A stretch of DNA of 64,000 bases from Candidatus Marinacidobacterales bacterium (GTDB lineage Bacteria > Acidobacteriota > Vicinamibacteria > Marinacidobacterales > SMYC01), in the NCBI GenBank assembly GCA_965224085.1, contig CBDCYI010000011.1:896001-960000 (forward strand), in the 5' to 3' direction. The translations under genes and the position numbers were made by a program. Below, piece after piece: positions 8,424 through 19,067 of the stretch (within the stretch, counting starts at the first letter, position 1; every line of letters starts with the position of its first letter). The notes below the pieces were generated by a model, which had not been told where the DNA came from, ran no database searches, and was given only the letters and a program-made list of their open reading frames with translations.

Positions 8424-9223
8424 GTCGTTTCGTGTGGCGTGGGATCGAAGCCGTCGAGCTCACGAATGCCGTAGCCCTCGTAGACGGTCGCAGCCGCCGA
8501 GCCTTCGGCGGGTGCCTCCCCGAGCCATTTTTCATGGATGCCCGCAAGAGTGCCGTCCAGCTTCATGCATTCCAGGATTTCTTCCACTTGATTGCGATAG
8601 GCGGCGTCTTCATTGCGAAAGGCCATCGCGAAGGCCCGACCCGAGCGGATCGTGTAGCTCGTCTTCACGAGCGGATTTTTCTGAGCGGCCCAGCTCACGA
8701 CTGAGTGCGCGGCGAGGTTGGCATAAGCGCGCTTTGTCAAGACGGCCTGAATGGCGTCGGCGTTTTTTCCGTAGCGCTGCACGTCGAAGCCGTATTTGTC
8801 AGCGTTGTCCGTCGCCCACACGTCATAGGCGGAGCCGTTATTCACCGCTATCGCCTTCCCCTGCAAATCCCTGGGCGAGGTGATCTCGGGTGAGCGTTTC
8901 CCAATCAGAAACGTGTAGTCGGTGTCGAGATAGCCTTCGGTGAAGAGCACCATCCGGGCGCGCTCCGGTGTCGCGGTGGTCGGGGCGATGACGAACTCGA
9001 ACTTTTTCGCGCCGAGCCCGGCGAACATGCCTGACCACTCGGAGTCCACGATCTCGTAGCCCGGCCGGCCGAGCCGTTCGGCGATCTCCGCGGCCAGGTC
9101 GATATTGAAGCCTTCGGTGGAACCGTCCGGGAGCGCCATCGCGTGCGGTGCGAAGCCGACATCGGCGGCCACCTTCAGAGGCGCTTGTTGCAAGAATGCG
9201 AGCGCGAGCACAAGACCCATCAT
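8414..9223 (-). CDS. Polar amino-acid ABC transporter substrate-binding protein (family 3)
   Basis: Signal peptide, GFNIDLA, TPERA..FTEGY, DGTLAGIHEKW. Confidence 0.92.
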   Translation of the reverse strand: MMGLVLALAFLQQAPLKVAADVGFAPHAMALPDGSTEGFNIDLAAEIAERLGRPGYEIVDSEWSGMFAGLGAKKFEFVIAPTTATPERARMVLFTEGYLDTDYTFLIGKRSPEITSPRDLQGKAIAVNNGSAYDVWATDNADKYGFDVQRYGKNADAIQAVLTKRAYANLAAHSVVSWAAQKNPLVKTSYTIRSGRAFAMAFRNEDAAYRNQVEEILECMKLDGTLAGIHEKWLGEAPAEGSAAATVYEGYGIRELDGFDPTPHETTCR

Positions 9224-9276
9224 GGGGCGCGATCTTATCAGGACTGCGTGTTTGCGTCCGGCGGCGCGACCGCCTA

Positions 9277-9771
9277 ATATCCGCGAACGAAAAGGGAGAC
9301 ATCCTCCCGCCCCACATCACATTTGCCGAAGAGACGTCGCTCTATCTGGACGATCTGGAAGTGCGCTTGATGTTCCCCGGACCGTCCGAGACGGAGAGCA
9401 ACATCATCGTCCACGTTCCCGAGCGCGGCGTCGCGTTCATGGTGGATGCCGTCGGCGTGCGCGTCGTTCCGTGGCGCAACATGTCGGGGTCGAATCCACA
9501 CGAATGGCTCGCCGTCCTCGAAAAACTGGACGCGATCGACTTCGAGATTCTAGCACCGGGGCACGGGTCGACCGGGAAGAAAGGAAATGTCGGGGAGTAC
9601 ATCGCGTATATGAAAGCGTTGATTGCGGCGGTACAAGACGGCATCGACAAAGGCCACACGCTCGAGCAGATGCAAGAATCGCTGGAGCTCGCGGAGTATA
9701 CGGACTGGACACGCTACGACGAGAACTTCGACATGAACATCGAGGGCGTGCACCGCGAGCTTACGAAGTAG
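9277..9771 (+). pseudogene. 5'-truncated MBL-fold metallo-hydrolase (C-terminal half)
   Basis: PHITF..LEVRLMFPGPSET..IIVHVPERGVAF.VD..ILAPGHG..Y; no HxHxDH-bearing N-terminal half and no plausible start, since upstream is the divergent SBP start. Confidence 0.7.
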
Positions 9772-9899
9772 GTTGACCGTGAGGCTGTCCGCGCCAGACT
9801 GCGCCGGTTACCTTTGGTAACACCTCGCGGGCGCGAGGTTCTCCGTAAAAGCTGTTGCCGAACGCCTTGCGCGAGGCGAAGACCTCAGCGACCGCGAAT

Positions 9900-10705
9900 G
9901 GTATTGTCAAGTTGACGTTGAGCGAGCGAACCTATTGCGTCGAGCTGATTTCCTTTGCTCTCATCGGACGGCACAGGTTACCTCCTGCCAGACGATGAAA
10001 GCGCGGTCTCGTAGCTCCCGATGATGATGCGCTTGCAACAAATGCCGTCCGACGCGAAAGAGGTTTTGCACGAGTCCATGCACGGTCAAGAATCGTTGCG
10101 CCTGCCCAGGAGTTTTAAACTTCCGCATCTGTCGTTCCCGTTGTCGCGTCGGTTCGTGCGAGACTTCGGCTAGGTTGTTTCTGTACTGGTCAGTGTCGTG
10201 GACGACGGACGGCATGACCTCGCGGTGAGCGGCGCTGTAGCTTCTCAGTTTGTCGGTGACCAGCTGCCAGGGCGGACGGCCTTGCCCTTTCAACAGCTTG
10301 CGGAAGAATCGTTTGGCGGCTTTTTGATCACGGCGAGGCTGGACGAGGATATCAATCACATCACCATCTTGGTCTACCGCGCGCCAGAGGTATTGGCGTT
10401 CGCCTTGTATCTTTATGAAGACCTCGTCTAGGTGCCACGTGTCACCAAGGCGACCCTGCCGACGCTTCAGTCGCCGAGCGTATTCCGGCCCGAACTTGAT
10501 GCACCAAAGTCGGATCGCTTCGTAGGAAACCGTGATGCCTCGCTGAGCAAGCAGCTCTTCGACGTTTCGAAAGCTCACGCAGAATCGGTGGTAGAGCCAG
10601 ACGGCGTGGCTGATGATTTCCGGTGGAAATCGATAGCCGTGGTAGCTTGGCGCATCGGTCTTCATTGGACCATTCTGTCAGTCACCAGCTCAATTTGACA
10701 GCAAT
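9900..10705 (-). mobile_element. IS6-family insertion sequence (~0.8 kb)
   Basis: Imperfect terminal IRs ggtattgtcaagttga (9900-9915) and tcaatttgacagcaat (10690-10705) enclose a DDE transposase; no clear target duplication. Confidence 0.85.
9961..10665 (-). CDS. IS6-family transposase
   Basis: YRFPPEIISHAVWLY, WHLDEVF, LWRAVDQDG, VTDKLRSY, NNLAEVSH. Confidence 0.95.
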   Translation of the reverse strand: MKTDAPSYHGYRFPPEIISHAVWLYHRFCVSFRNVEELLAQRGITVSYEAIRLWCIKFGPEYARRLKRRQGRLGDTWHLDEVFIKIQGERQYLWRAVDQDGDVIDILVQPRRDQKAAKRFFRKLLKGQGRPPWQLVTDKLRSYSAAHREVMPSVVHDTDQYRNNLAEVSHEPTRQRERQMRKFKTPGQAQRFLTVHGLVQNLFRVGRHLLQAHHHRELRDRAFIVWQEVTCAVR

Positions 10706-10879
10706 GGCACCGCCCGCGTGGGCGGAGGTCATCGGAGAGTGACCGAAATCGTTCGTTCACTCGAAAGTACCTTACGTCGAGCACACGGTGACGATGGTGC
10801 GGGAGAATTTCGAGCGAAATCCGCGATGGGACTCGGTGCGGCGTATACTGGCACGACATGAACAAGGGATCGGCTGAGG

Positions 10880-12181
10880 ATGAATAGCGAAGAACAAGTC
10901 TACGTCTCGGATTTATCTCAGCACGAAGGCGAGACGGTCACCATGCGCGGCTGGCTGCATAATCGGCGCAAGAGCGGGAAGCTTCAATTTCTCGTCTTTC
11001 GTGACGGTTCGGGCTTCATGCAGGCGGTCGTATCGAAAGCGGATCTATCGGAACAGGCGTGGGAGCAAACGCGCGCGCTCACACAGGAAAGCTCCATCGA
11101 GCTCGAGGGGACCGTCCGCAGAGACGAGCGAGCGCCGGGCGGTTTCGAGCTGACGGTGAGCGATGTGAAGGTGTTCCAGATTGCCGAGGACTATCCCATC
11201 ACGCCGAAAGAGCACGGAGTGAACTTCCTCTTGGACAACCGGCACCTCTGGCTCCGTTCGAAGCGCCAGCACGCTATCCTCCGTATTCGCAACGAAGTGA
11301 TCATGGCGGCCCGTCGCTATCTGGACGACCACGGATTCGTCGGCTCCGATACACCGATCTTCACGCCGAATGCTTGCGAGGGCACAACGACCCTCTTCGA
11401 AACTGAATATTTTGACCAGAGAGCCTATTTGGCGCAAAGCGGACAGCTCTACAACGAAGCCATCGCGATGGCGGTGGGGAAAACGTACAGCTTCGGGCCG
11501 ACCTTTCGCGCGGAGAAATCCAAAACCCGCCGGCATCTCATCGAGTTCTGGATGATCGAGCCGGAGGTTGCTTATCACGATCTCGATGACACCATCGCTT
11601 TGGCGGAGAACCTGATTTGCGCGATCATCGAATCTGTTCTCGAGCGCCGCCGTCCGGAGCTCGAAGTGCTCGAGCGCGACCTCTCAAAGCTCGAATCGGT
11701 CAAAAAGCCGTTCCACCGGACAACGTACGACGAAGCCGCGAAAAAGCTCAAAGCGAAAGGGACGGACTTCGTTCTTGGAAGCGATTTCGGCGCGCAGGAC
11801 GAAACCGTGCTCGCCGAAGACCTCAACCGGCCGCTCGTGGTCACCCGCTACCCGACCGACATCAAGGCGTTCTACATGCAGCCGGACGCCGAGCGCCCGG
11901 ACCGCGTGCTGTGCGTCGACATCCTCGCGCCCGAGGGCTACGGCGAGATCGTGGGCGGGGGCCAGCGCATCCACGACCCCGACCTCCTCGAGAAAAGACT
12001 GAACGAGCACGACCTGCCGCGCGACGCGTTCCAGTGGTATCTAGACCTGCGGCGCTACGGTAGCGTCCCGCATTCGGGCTTCGGGATGGGGATCGAGCGC
12101 TTCATCTCCTGGATATGTAAGCTCGAGCACTTGAGAGAGGCCATCCCGTTCCCGAGGATGCTCTACCGCCTCTCACCGTAG
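10880..12181 (+). CDS. asnS: Asparagine--tRNA ligase
   Basis: OB fold [61 protein letters not shown]. Confidence 0.95.
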   Translation: MNSEEQVYVSDLSQHEGETVTMRGWLHNRRKSGKLQFLVFRDGSGFMQAVVSKADLSEQAWEQTRALTQESSIELEGTVRRDERAPGGFELTVSDVKVFQIAEDYPITPKEHGVNFLLDNRHLWLRSKRQHAILRIRNEVIMAARRYLDDHGFVGSDTPIFTPNACEGTTTLFETEYFDQRAYLAQSGQLYNEAIAMAVGKTYSFGPTFRAEKSKTRRHLIEFWMIEPEVAYHDLDDTIALAENLICAIIESVLERRRPELEVLERDLSKLESVKKPFHRTTYDEAAKKLKAKGTDFVLGSDFGAQDETVLAEDLNRPLVVTRYPTDIKAFYMQPDAERPDRVLCVDILAPEGYGEIVGGGQRIHDPDLLEKRLNEHDLPRDAFQWYLDLRRYGSVPHSGFGMGIERFISWICKLEHLREAIPFPRMLYRLSP

Positions 12182-12212
12182 GCTTGCCGTACCGTACCGT
12201 ACGTGGTGGTTT

Positions 12213-12292
12213 GAAAGCGGCGCAAAGGCATAATGAGCACTAATTTCGTTTAGTGTTCTTGGCGTCCTTGCGGGTCTTGGCGCCTTCGCGTT
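12213..12292. repeat. Intergenic hairpin built from degenerate CTTGGCG-type units
   Basis: gagcactaa pairs with ttagtgttc, flanked by gcgcaaaggc and cttggcgtccttgcgggtcttggcg. Confidence 0.5.
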
Positions 12293-12348
12293 GGCCTTTG
12301 AAGCAGGCGGTCGCGGGGAGTTTCGTCTTGCGCTAATCTGGTTTCTCT

Positions 12349-13749
12349 ATGACTAAGAAAATCGGGTTCGTCAGCCTCGGATGCCCCAAGAATCTTCTCG
12401 ACAGCGAAGTCATGCTCGGGCATCTCGAGCGCGCCGGATACGGCCTTACGAATGCGCCGGAAGAGGCCGAAGTCCTCGTGGTCAACACTTGCGGCTTCAT
12501 CGATCGAGCGAAGCAGGAAAGCATCGACACCATCTTGGAGATGGCGCGATACAAGGAGACGGGAAACTGCCGCCGCCTCGTTGTGACCGGCTGCCTGGCG
12601 CAGCGATACTCCGAGAATATCGCGAAGGAGCTTCCCGAGGTTGATGCCGTTATCGGACTCGATCAACTTCACATGGTGGTAGAGGCGTCAGACGGTGTTG
12701 CCCGGCGCGTCGAATCTCTTCGCGCAGACGGTTCAGCGGCCTATCTCTATGATCATTTAGCACCTCGGATACGGACGACCCCCGAGCACTACGCTTACCT
12801 CAAGATTTCTGAAGGCTGCGACTATCCTTGCACGTTCTGCATCATTCCGAAGATCCGGGGTGCGTATCGGAGTCGCACACCGGAGTCGATTTTGGCCGAG
12901 GCGGAAACGCTTGCGGCTCAGAAGGTTCGCGAGCTCGTTCTCATCGCGCAGGACACGACCCGATATGGAGACGAATTCGGGATGCGACATGGGCTCGCCA
13001 ATCTTTTGCGCCGGCTAACAGGCGTCGATGGCATCGAGTGGGTGCGTTTTCTCTATGCCTATCCGACGACGGTGGATGACGGGGTTCTCCAGGCGATCGC
13101 GGATGAGCCCGCCCTTTGTCGCTACGTGGATATCCCTCTCCAGCATGCGAGCGACCGCGTTCTCAAGGCCATGAAGCGTCCGGGGACGGGCGAGAGCAAC
13201 AAGGCGCTTATTCAGCGCATACGCGACAACGTGCCTGGCGTTGCCATCCGGAGTTCCTTCATCGTCGGCTTTCCGGGGGAAACGGAAGACGACTTCGAGG
13301 CGCTTCTCGATTTTTGTGCGGGTGTGCGGCTCGATCACGTCGGTGTCTTCACCTATTCGAACGAGGATGGCACAGAAGCTTTCGTCCCGATCGAGTCCGT
13401 TTCGGACGAGGAGAAAGCGCGTCGCAGGGACGTCTTGATGGAGCAGCAATCGGAAATCTCCCGTCAGAAAAATCAGGAACGTGTCGGTTCAAAGCTTCGG
13501 GTCCTAGTGGAAGGTCTTTCCGACGAATCGGACCTCCTTCTTCAAGGGAGGGCGGAGCATCAAGCGCCTGGCATCGATGGGGTCGTATTGGTGAACGATG
13601 GCGAAGCCGAGGCCGGCTGTTTCGCGACGGTTGAGGTCACCGAGGCGCACCCCTACGACCTTGTGGGCCGCGTCTTGGCGACAGAGCCTTCGCAACCTCC
13701 TTCGGCCTTCCGAAATCGGGTTGACAGCTTGAATTCAAAATACCCCTAG
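12349..13749 (+). CDS. rimO: Ribosomal protein S12 methylthiotransferase
   Basis: SLGCPKN, NTCGFI, TGCLAQRY, radical SAM CDYPCTFC, C-terminal TRAM domain. Confidence 0.95.
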   Translation: MTKKIGFVSLGCPKNLLDSEVMLGHLERAGYGLTNAPEEAEVLVVNTCGFIDRAKQESIDTILEMARYKETGNCRRLVVTGCLAQRYSENIAKELPEVDAVIGLDQLHMVVEASDGVARRVESLRADGSAAYLYDHLAPRIRTTPEHYAYLKISEGCDYPCTFCIIPKIRGAYRSRTPESILAEAETLAAQKVRELVLIAQDTTRYGDEFGMRHGLANLLRRLTGVDGIEWVRFLYAYPTTVDDGVLQAIADEPALCRYVDIPLQHASDRVLKAMKRPGTGESNKALIQRIRDNVPGVAIRSSFIVGFPGETEDDFEALLDFCAGVRLDHVGVFTYSNEDGTEAFVPIESVSDEEKARRRDVLMEQQSEISRQKNQERVGSKLRVLVEGLSDESDLLLQGRAEHQAPGIDGVVLVNDGEAEAGCFATVEVTEAHPYDLVGRVLATEPSQPPSAFRNRVDSLNSKYP

Positions 13750-13757
13750 TTTATAGT
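13729..13757 (+). promoter_or_regulatory. Sigma-70 promoter of the rimP-nusA-infB operon
   Basis: TTGAAT-N17-TATAGT. Confidence 0.6.
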
Positions 13758-13785
13758 TGGTGTTCTAATTTTGTGGTAATCACCA

Positions 13786-13815
13786 GGTGGGCTTCGTTTT
13801 GCCCACTTTTTTTTG
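13786..13815 (+). promoter_or_regulatory. rimP leader hairpin/attenuator
   Basis: ggtgggc-ttcgtttt-gcccac followed by a long T run, upstream of rimP; matches the known GGGC...GCCC rimP-leader pattern. Confidence 0.75.
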
Positions 13816-13967
13816 CTGATTTTGAACGCTCTAAGCCTCTTTCGCGCGACCCCTTAGACAAGTCGAGGTAACTTTTCGAAGTGATTGGAACACTGGAAGC
13901 GTCTTCACCGGCCCTCGCTCCGGTAAAAAACGCGTCGTCTGGATGTATGGAAGGGACTCAAAAGGTG

Positions 13968-14540
13968 ATGTTCGCGGATAGTCTGCTGCCTCAACTCGCG
14001 GGGATCGCACGCCGTGCCGAGCCCCATGGTGTGGACGTCGCCTGGGTGGAGCTCAAGCCGCAGGGGCGACGCTGGGTGTTCCGGGTCTTCATCGAACGCG
14101 TCCAACATGAAGGGTATAAAGAGCATAAAAGGCACAACAGGGATGACGAGGACGGCGTCGGCCTCGAAGATTGCCAGCGCGTCGCCGAGCGCTTGTCGCT
14201 TTTGCTCGACGTGGAAGATCCGATTGAGTCGTCCTATACGCTCGAGGTGAGCTCCCCGGGCCTCGATCGCCCGCTTCACGGGCCCAAGGACTACGAGCGA
14301 TTCGTGGGCAAGCTCGCGCGCGTCAAAACGAAACAAGCGATAGGAGGCCGCAGGCGGTTCATCGGACGTCTTCTAGGTCTCGAGCCCACTAAGCAAGACA
14401 AAAAGCAGGGAGACGACCCCACGATTTTGCTCGACGGAGAGGCCGGTCCGATTCGCATCCGCTTTTCTGCCATCGAGAGCGCTCGGCTCGAGGTGGAACT
14501 CAATCAGCCCTCCCCCCGCAAAGCTAGGAAGCGCGCATGA
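13968..14540 (+). CDS. rimP: Ribosome maturation factor RimP (start uncertain: 13881, 13947 or 13968)
   Basis: RVFIE..GVGLEDC..LDVEDPI..YTLEVSSPGLDRPL; precedes nusA. Confidence 0.93.
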   Translation: MFADSLLPQLAGIARRAEPHGVDVAWVELKPQGRRWVFRVFIERVQHEGYKEHKRHNRDDEDGVGLEDCQRVAERLSLLLDVEDPIESSYTLEVSSPGLDRPLHGPKDYERFVGKLARVKTKQAIGGRRRFIGRLLGLEPTKQDKKQGDDPTILLDGEAGPIRIRFSAIESARLEVELNQPSPRKARKRA

Positions 14541-15928
14541 GTCTGCTCTTCGAACATATCGAGCAAATCAGTCGGGACAAAGGCGTCGACGCCGCGATCA
14601 TTATCGAGGCGGTGGAAGACGCGATCCTCACAGCAGCCAAAAAATACTATGGGACGGAGGAGCCTTATCAAGCTCGCTTCAACAAGGAGACTGGCCAGGT
14701 CGAAGTCTTTCTCGTGAAGAAAGTCGTCGATCGAGTCACCGCTCCCGAGATTGAGATTACCCTCGACGACGCGAAGCGGGTGGTCAAGTCGGCGAAGCTC
14801 GGAAGTGACGTAGAGCTTCACAAACCGACCGACGTGCTCGGGCGCATCGCTGCGCAGACGGCTAAGCAAGTCATCTTTCAAAAAGTTCGCGAAGCCGAGC
14901 GCGATCATATCTTCAGCGAGTATGGGGATAGGGTCGGTCAGCTCGTCAACGGTATCGTGAAGCGCGCCGAGACCGGGGACCTCGTCGTGGATTTAGGCAA
15001 GACTGAAGCACTCTTGCCGCGTCGCGAGCAGTCGCGCGCCGAGATCTTCAACCCTGGCGAGCGGATTCGCGTCGTCATCACGCGCGTGTCGCGGCCGGCG
15101 CGCGGGCCGCAAGTCATCGTGTCGCGCACCGATCCGGCTCTACTTGCCGGGCTCTTTGAGATAGAAGTGCCCGAGATCTACGAAGGCACGGTCATCGTCA
15201 AAAACGCCGTCCGGGAGCCCGGCGATCGGGCCAAAGTCGCAGTGCACTCGAGAGAAAAGGACGTCGACCCCGTGGGAGCTTGCGTCGGTATCAAGGGCGC
15301 GCGGGTGCAGAACATCATCCGTGAGCTGCGCGGCGAAAAAATAGATATCGTCGAGTGGAACGATGACGCGCCCACGTTCGCCACCAACGCGCTCAACCCG
15401 GCCAAGGTCAGCCGGGTCTCTATCGTCGATAACAAAGATCGCATCATGGAAGTGATCGTGGCCGACAATCAGCTGTCGCTCGCGATCGGCAAGCGTGGAC
15501 AGAATGTTCGGCTGGCGGCGAGACTGCTCGGTTGGCGGATCGATATCAAGAGCGAAGAGGAGAAAAAACTCGAAGTGCAGTCTCAGATGGACGCCGCGAT
15601 GATCTCCACTGGAACGGATGTCACGGTTCTCGAAGGGATCCCGCAAAAGACTCTCCAAAAGATCGCCACCCATGGGCTCACGTCGCTCGAGAAAGTTTTG
15701 CAATCGCCCGAGAGGGTGACGGAAGTCCCGGGCGTTGGCGAGAAGACCGCGGAAAAGCTGATCGTGGAGGCGCGGGCTTACCTGGATAGGAATCCACCTT
15801 TGAGCCCTGAGAAAGGAAAAGAAGTCTTGGCCCTGTCGGTTGCAGACGGTACGACGGAGATTGCGGAAGGGGACGAGCCGGCCTCGGACGGAGCCGCGTT
15901 GGACGACGCGTCGGGAGGTGAGCGGTAA
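14537..15928 (+). CDS. nusA: Transcription termination/antitermination factor NusA
   Basis: [13 protein letters not shown]1 domain, [32 protein letters not shown]-terminal HhH repeats. Confidence 0.97.
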   Translation: MSLLFEHIEQISRDKGVDAAIIIEAVEDAILTAAKKYYGTEEPYQARFNKETGQVEVFLVKKVVDRVTAPEIEITLDDAKRVVKSAKLGSDVELHKPTDVLGRIAAQTAKQVIFQKVREAERDHIFSEYGDRVGQLVNGIVKRAETGDLVVDLGKTEALLPRREQSRAEIFNPGERIRVVITRVSRPARGPQVIVSRTDPALLAGLFEIEVPEIYEGTVIVKNAVREPGDRAKVAVHSREKDVDPVGACVGIKGARVQNIIRELRGEKIDIVEWNDDAPTFATNALNPAKVSRVSIVDNKDRIMEVIVADNQLSLAIGKRGQNVRLAARLLGWRIDIKSEEEKKLEVQSQMDAAMISTGTDVTVLEGIPQKTLQKIATHGLTSLEKVLQSPERVTEVPGVGEKTAEKLIVEARAYLDRNPPLSPEKGKEVLALSVADGTTEIAEGDEPASDGAALDDASGGER

Positions 15929-18690
15929 TGGATAAAGTCAGAGTCTATGAGCTCGCCCGAGACCTCGGCATCACGAGCCCGGAAACGATTGCGCTTCTCA
16001 AAGAGAAGCTCAAGATCCGGGTGAAGTCCGCGTCGAGTACTATCGCCGAAGATACCGCGACGAAGCTGAAGAGGCTCTTGCGCCTCGAAGGCGCGAGCGC
16101 GAGCCGGACAAAAGTTGCAAAGGCCGCGGCGCCTCTCGCCAAAGACGGCGCGGACCAGGCGAAATTGGCGCGTAAAGCCCGGGCCGAGAAAGCTCGTCTC
16201 GCGCTGCTCGAGGAAATGGACGAGGAAGAGCGCGCCGAGAAGCAAAAGCTCGAGCGCGCGCAGCGGGAGAAAGAAGAGCGCGAGCGTCGCGAGGCGGAAG
16301 AAGCGTCACGCAGGATCGCGGAAGAGGAGCAAGCACGAGAAGCCGCTGCCGCAGCGGCGGCACTTGCCGAGCTTTCTGCGATCACGGGTGACGAGGAAGA
16401 GATCACGGAGCCGGAGCCGATAGAGCTCGCGCGGGCAGAAGAGACCAAGGCTTCCGAGCTCGTCGGCGCGGCACCACCGATGCCCGGCCCGATGGATCGT
16501 CACGTCGATTTGTCGCCGAAAAAACCCAAACCGCTCCCGGCGCCGGAGCGCCCAAAAGCCACGGTTGACGCAAACCGGGCGACTCCGGCGGCCCCCGAGC
16601 CCGCGCCGCCGCCCGCACCCCCCAGGCGGGAGCAGGCTTTCATGCCTGGCCCCACCTCGCAATACGTTCGCACGCGCCCACCGCCGCCGCGCTCGCCGCG
16701 TCCTGCGCTCGGCCGTCGCGAGCACGCAAGGCCGGGTCCCGCACCGCCGCGTCCCGCCGCGCCCATCAAGCGAGTCGGGACCCATGGCACACCGGATGGA
16801 AGGCCGAAACCAAAGCGCAAGACGAAAAAAGGGCGCACCGCTCCGGTGGCCGATGTCGTCGAGCAGTCGCTACCCGAGCCGATTCCACGCCTCGACGATC
16901 ACAAGCCCGAAACTCCCAAGATACACACGAAAATCAGCCTGACCGAAGGTGTGACCGTCAAGGAGCTCGCCGAGAAGCTCGAAGCGAAGCACAAGGACGT
17001 GATCAAGGTTCTGATGGGGCACGGTGTCCTGGCCACCATCAACCAGACTCTCGACGCCGATACCGCGAAGGAGATCGCGAAACAGTTCGGTGCCGAGGCG
17101 GAGATCCTGACGTTCGAAGAAGACGTGCTCCGCGAAGAGGGGAAAGATGAGAAGCCCGAAGATCTCGAACCCCGCGCTCCCGTCGTGACCGTCATGGGTC
17201 ATGTCGACCACGGGAAGACAAGCTTGCTCGACGGTATCCGCGAGACCAAGGTCCAAGAGCAAGAAGCGGGCGGCATTACCCAGCATGTCGGCGCCTATAC
17301 TGTCGACGTCAAAACTCGTCACGTCGTCTTTCTCGACACGCCAGGTCACGAGGCTTTCACCATGATGCGGGCTCGCGGCGCGGGTGTAACGGATCTCGTC
17401 GTTCTCGTCGTTGCGGCAGATGACGGCGTGATGCCGCAGACGAAAGAAGCCATCGATCACGCGCGGGCTGCGGGAGTGCCGCTTCTTGTCGCGGTCAACA
17501 AAATCGACAAAGCCAGCGCTAATCCCGAACGGGTCAAGCAGCAGCTCAGTGAGCTCGAGCTCGTTCCCGAAGATTGGGGTGGCAATACCGTTTTCGTCGA
17601 GGTCTCCGCAAAGAAGCGCGAAGGACTCGACTTGCTACTCGAGATGATCTTGCTCGTTTCGGATCTGCGAGAGCTGAAAGCGAATCCCGGCCGTGCGGGA
17701 ATGGGGACTGTGCTCGAGGCAAAACTGGACAAGGGAAAAGGGCCCGTGGCTCACGTTCTCGTTCACAACGGGAGCGTGTGCGTGGGAGACCCCTTCGTGG
17801 CTGGTGCCGTGCATGGCAAGGTCCGTGCGATGTTCGACGATCGTGGGCGCAAGATCAAGAACGTCGGCCCGTCCTCGCCCGTGGAAATTCTGGGGCTCAC
17901 CTCGCTGCCGCAGGCTGGCGACCAGTTCCAGGTCTTTCCCGACAGTTTCAAGGCGCGGCAAATTTCCGAGTTCCGTCAGCAAAAGGTCCGCGAGCGCGAG
18001 ATGGCGTCGTCGGCACGACTGACGCTCGACCAACTGCATCGCCAAGTACAGGAAGGCACCGTCAAGGACCTCCCCATCATTGTCAAAACCGACGTGCAGG
18101 GCTCGGCCGAGGTGCTCAAAGACACACTGCCGAAGCTCTCCACCGAGAAGGTCAAGGTGAAGATCATCCATGCAGGTGTGGGTGCGATCACAGATAATGA
18201 CGTGACGCTCGCGCTCGCTTCGAACGCCGTCATCATCGGCTTCAATGTGCGTCCTGAACGAAGTGCCGAGGACCTTGCGGGCAAAGAAAGCGTCGACATC
18301 CGCATGCACACGGTCATTTATGACATCACCGACGAGCTCAAAAAGGCCATGGAGGGCTTGCTCGAGCCGACTTTCAAGGAAGTGACGCTCGGCCGGGCCG
18401 AGGTGCGCGACACGTTCAGAGTTCCGAAAATCGGCCTCATCGCTGGCTGCTACGTGTCCAACGGAAGAGTGTTGCGCAATGCGGAGATACGTTTGCTGCG
18501 GGATAATGTCGTCGTTTTCGAAGGCAAGATCGGAAGCCTCAAGCGATTCAAGGAGGATTCCGGCGAAGTCAAAGAAGGCTTCGAGTGCGGTATCGGTCTC
18601 GCCGGTTATAACGACGTGAAGGTCGGTGACGTGATCGAGGCCTTCACTATGGAGAAGGTGCAGCCGACGCCCGCACAAAGTGCTTTATAG
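15928..18690 (+). CDS. infB: Translation initiation factor IF-2
   Basis: RVYELA N-terminus, [31 protein letters not shown]. Confidence 0.98.
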   Translation: MDKVRVYELARDLGITSPETIALLKEKLKIRVKSASSTIAEDTATKLKRLLRLEGASASRTKVAKAAAPLAKDGADQAKLARKARAEKARLALLEEMDEEERAEKQKLERAQREKEERERREAEEASRRIAEEEQAREAAAAAAALAELSAITGDEEEITEPEPIELARAEETKASELVGAAPPMPGPMDRHVDLSPKKPKPLPAPERPKATVDANRATPAAPEPAPPPAPPRREQAFMPGPTSQYVRTRPPPPRSPRPALGRREHARPGPAPPRPAAPIKRVGTHGTPDGRPKPKRKTKKGRTAPVADVVEQSLPEPIPRLDDHKPETPKIHTKISLTEGVTVKELAEKLEAKHKDVIKVLMGHGVLATINQTLDADTAKEIAKQFGAEAEILTFEEDVLREEGKDEKPEDLEPRAPVVTVMGHVDHGKTSLLDGIRETKVQEQEAGGITQHVGAYTVDVKTRHVVFLDTPGHEAFTMMRARGAGVTDLVVLVVAADDGVMPQTKEAIDHARAAGVPLLVAVNKIDKASANPERVKQQLSELELVPEDWGGNTVFVEVSAKKREGLDLLLEMILLVSDLRELKANPGRAGMGTVLEAKLDKGKGPVAHVLVHNGSVCVGDPFVAGAVHGKVRAMFDDRGRKIKNVGPSSPVEILGLTSLPQAGDQFQVFPDSFKARQISEFRQQKVREREMASSARLTLDQLHRQVQEGTVKDLPIIVKTDVQGSAEVLKDTLPKLSTEKVKVKIIHAGVGAITDNDVTLALASNAVIIGFNVRPERSAEDLAGKESVDIRMHTVIYDITDELKKAMEGLLEPTFKEVTLGRAEVRDTFRVPKIGLIAGCYVSNGRVLRNAEIRLLRDNVVVFEGKIGSLKRFKEDSGEVKEGFECGIGLAGYNDVKVGDVIEAFTMEKVQPTPAQSAL

Positions 18691-18747
18691 AATTACTTCT
18701 GTGCCTCTGTGGCGTTCCTACCGGCTCGGTCTCCATTGTGAAGGAAG

Positions 18748-19065
18748 TTGAGTAAGAACGCCGCCCAGGAGTCCGGCTCTCCTATCATCGGGCTATTGAC
18801 GATCGAGCTTCATTTTCCAGAGGCTCAATCTCTGAAGGCGAAGCGCATGGTCGTGAAGTCGATCAAGGAGCGCCTGGTCCACCGACACCACGTCGCAGTG
18901 GCCGAGACCGGCTATCTCGAGCTGTGGCAACGCGCGGAGCTCTCGGCGGTGTCGGTCTCGGGCTCACGCAGCGTGCTCGAATCGCAGCTCGAAAAAATCC
19001 AGCGCGAGCTCGAGAATCACTACAGCTCAGAGCTCGTGGGAACCGAGATGGAGCTCATCGAATAG
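18748..19065 (+). CDS. DUF503 (YlxP-like) protein
   Basis: SLKAKRMVVKSIK..VAVAE...LWQRAEL; usual position between infB and rbfA. Confidence 0.85.
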   Translation: MSKNAAQESGSPIIGLLTIELHFPEAQSLKAKRMVVKSIKERLVHRHHVAVAETGYLELWQRAELSAVSVSGSRSVLESQLEKIQRELENHYSSELVGTEMELIE

Positions 19066-19067
19066 CC

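Noticed and set aside
9772-9899. Possible gene interrupted by IS6 (AVAERLARGEDLSDREW ... APPAWAEVIGE)
   Set aside because: The fragments are short, an in-frame stop lies upstream, and there is no recognisable family or target duplication joining them.
10848-10864. TGGCAC as a sigma-54 promoter (also on the minus strand near 57921)
   Set aside because: No TTGC -12 element at the required spacing.
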